In this document: piece by piece, positions 58,424 to 58,486 of the stretch
Layout: the number at the start of each line of letters is the position of its first letter
Numbering within the stretch: position 1 is the stretch's first letter
Assembly (NCBI GenBank): GCA_020536535.1
Contig: JAHLWZ010000451.1
Coordinates: 1-58,486, forward strand
DNA length: 58,486 nucleotides
Reading direction: 5' to 3'
DNA from: Pelomyxa schiedti
Lineage: Eukaryota; Protista; Evosea
Position numbers and translations under genes: made by a program
Notes under the pieces: model-generated
What the model saw: the letters and a program-made list of their open reading frames with translations, nothing else
What the model was told of the DNA's origin: nothing
Databases searched by the model: none

Positions 58424-58486
58424 GTTTAGGCAGCGGAGTTAATGAGTTTAAGGAACGTTTAAGGAACGGAGTTAAAAAGTTTAAGG
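58424..58486. repeat. Short repeats at the window end (GTTTAAGG x3, CGGAGTTAA x2)
   Basis: GTTTAAGGAAC GTTTAAGGAAC GGAGTTAAAAA GTTTAAGG; cut off by the window end. Confidence 0.5.

Noticed and set aside
1-58486. tRNA, rRNA or autonomous transposon genes
   Set aside because: None were recognisable by eye; tRNAscan-SE, Infernal and a transposase HMM search would be needed to exclude them.

Overview
This is compact, intron-rich eukaryotic nuclear DNA with about 27 protein genes, mostly 40-120 nt spliceosomal introns and intergenic gaps often under 150 bp. The six-frame ORF track is mostly exon fragments and antisense shadows. The gene style and an expanded 'Q-x-x-A-x4-H-x-R' protein family suggest a free-living anaerobic amoebozoan such as Pelomyxa; this is recalled inference, not a search result. 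Genes from left to right: PINX1/Gno1, a His-rich protein, F-box/LRR, a TRIM-like E3 with an ALK/LTK-type Gly-rich domain, a prokaryote-like membrane protein, Fe-S L-serine dehydratase, GH5 endoglycoceramidase and a CDC123-like ATP-grasp protein. Next is a 13-kb paralog array of five HxR-box genes, two ERK7-like pseudokinases and an unusual zinc-finger gene. After that come an Lnt-like acyltransferase, DUF3605, a DOCK GEF, a second zinc-finger gene, DZIP1-like, an Rnl2 RNA ligase, an L-domain protein, synapsin-like, a Parkin-like RBR ligase, a GacA-like RhoGAP and a frameshifted secreted-protein gene whose near-identical copy starts the window. The best candidates for new biology are (1) the Parkin-type ligase with its ubiquitin-like domain between IBR and RING2, and (2) the array, in which three genes share a near-identical 296-bp constant cassette joined to diverged variable regions and are interleaved with catalytically dead MAPKs. 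All exon structures were inferred by hand from GT/GC-AG sites and motif continuity, and need RNA-seq confirmation.
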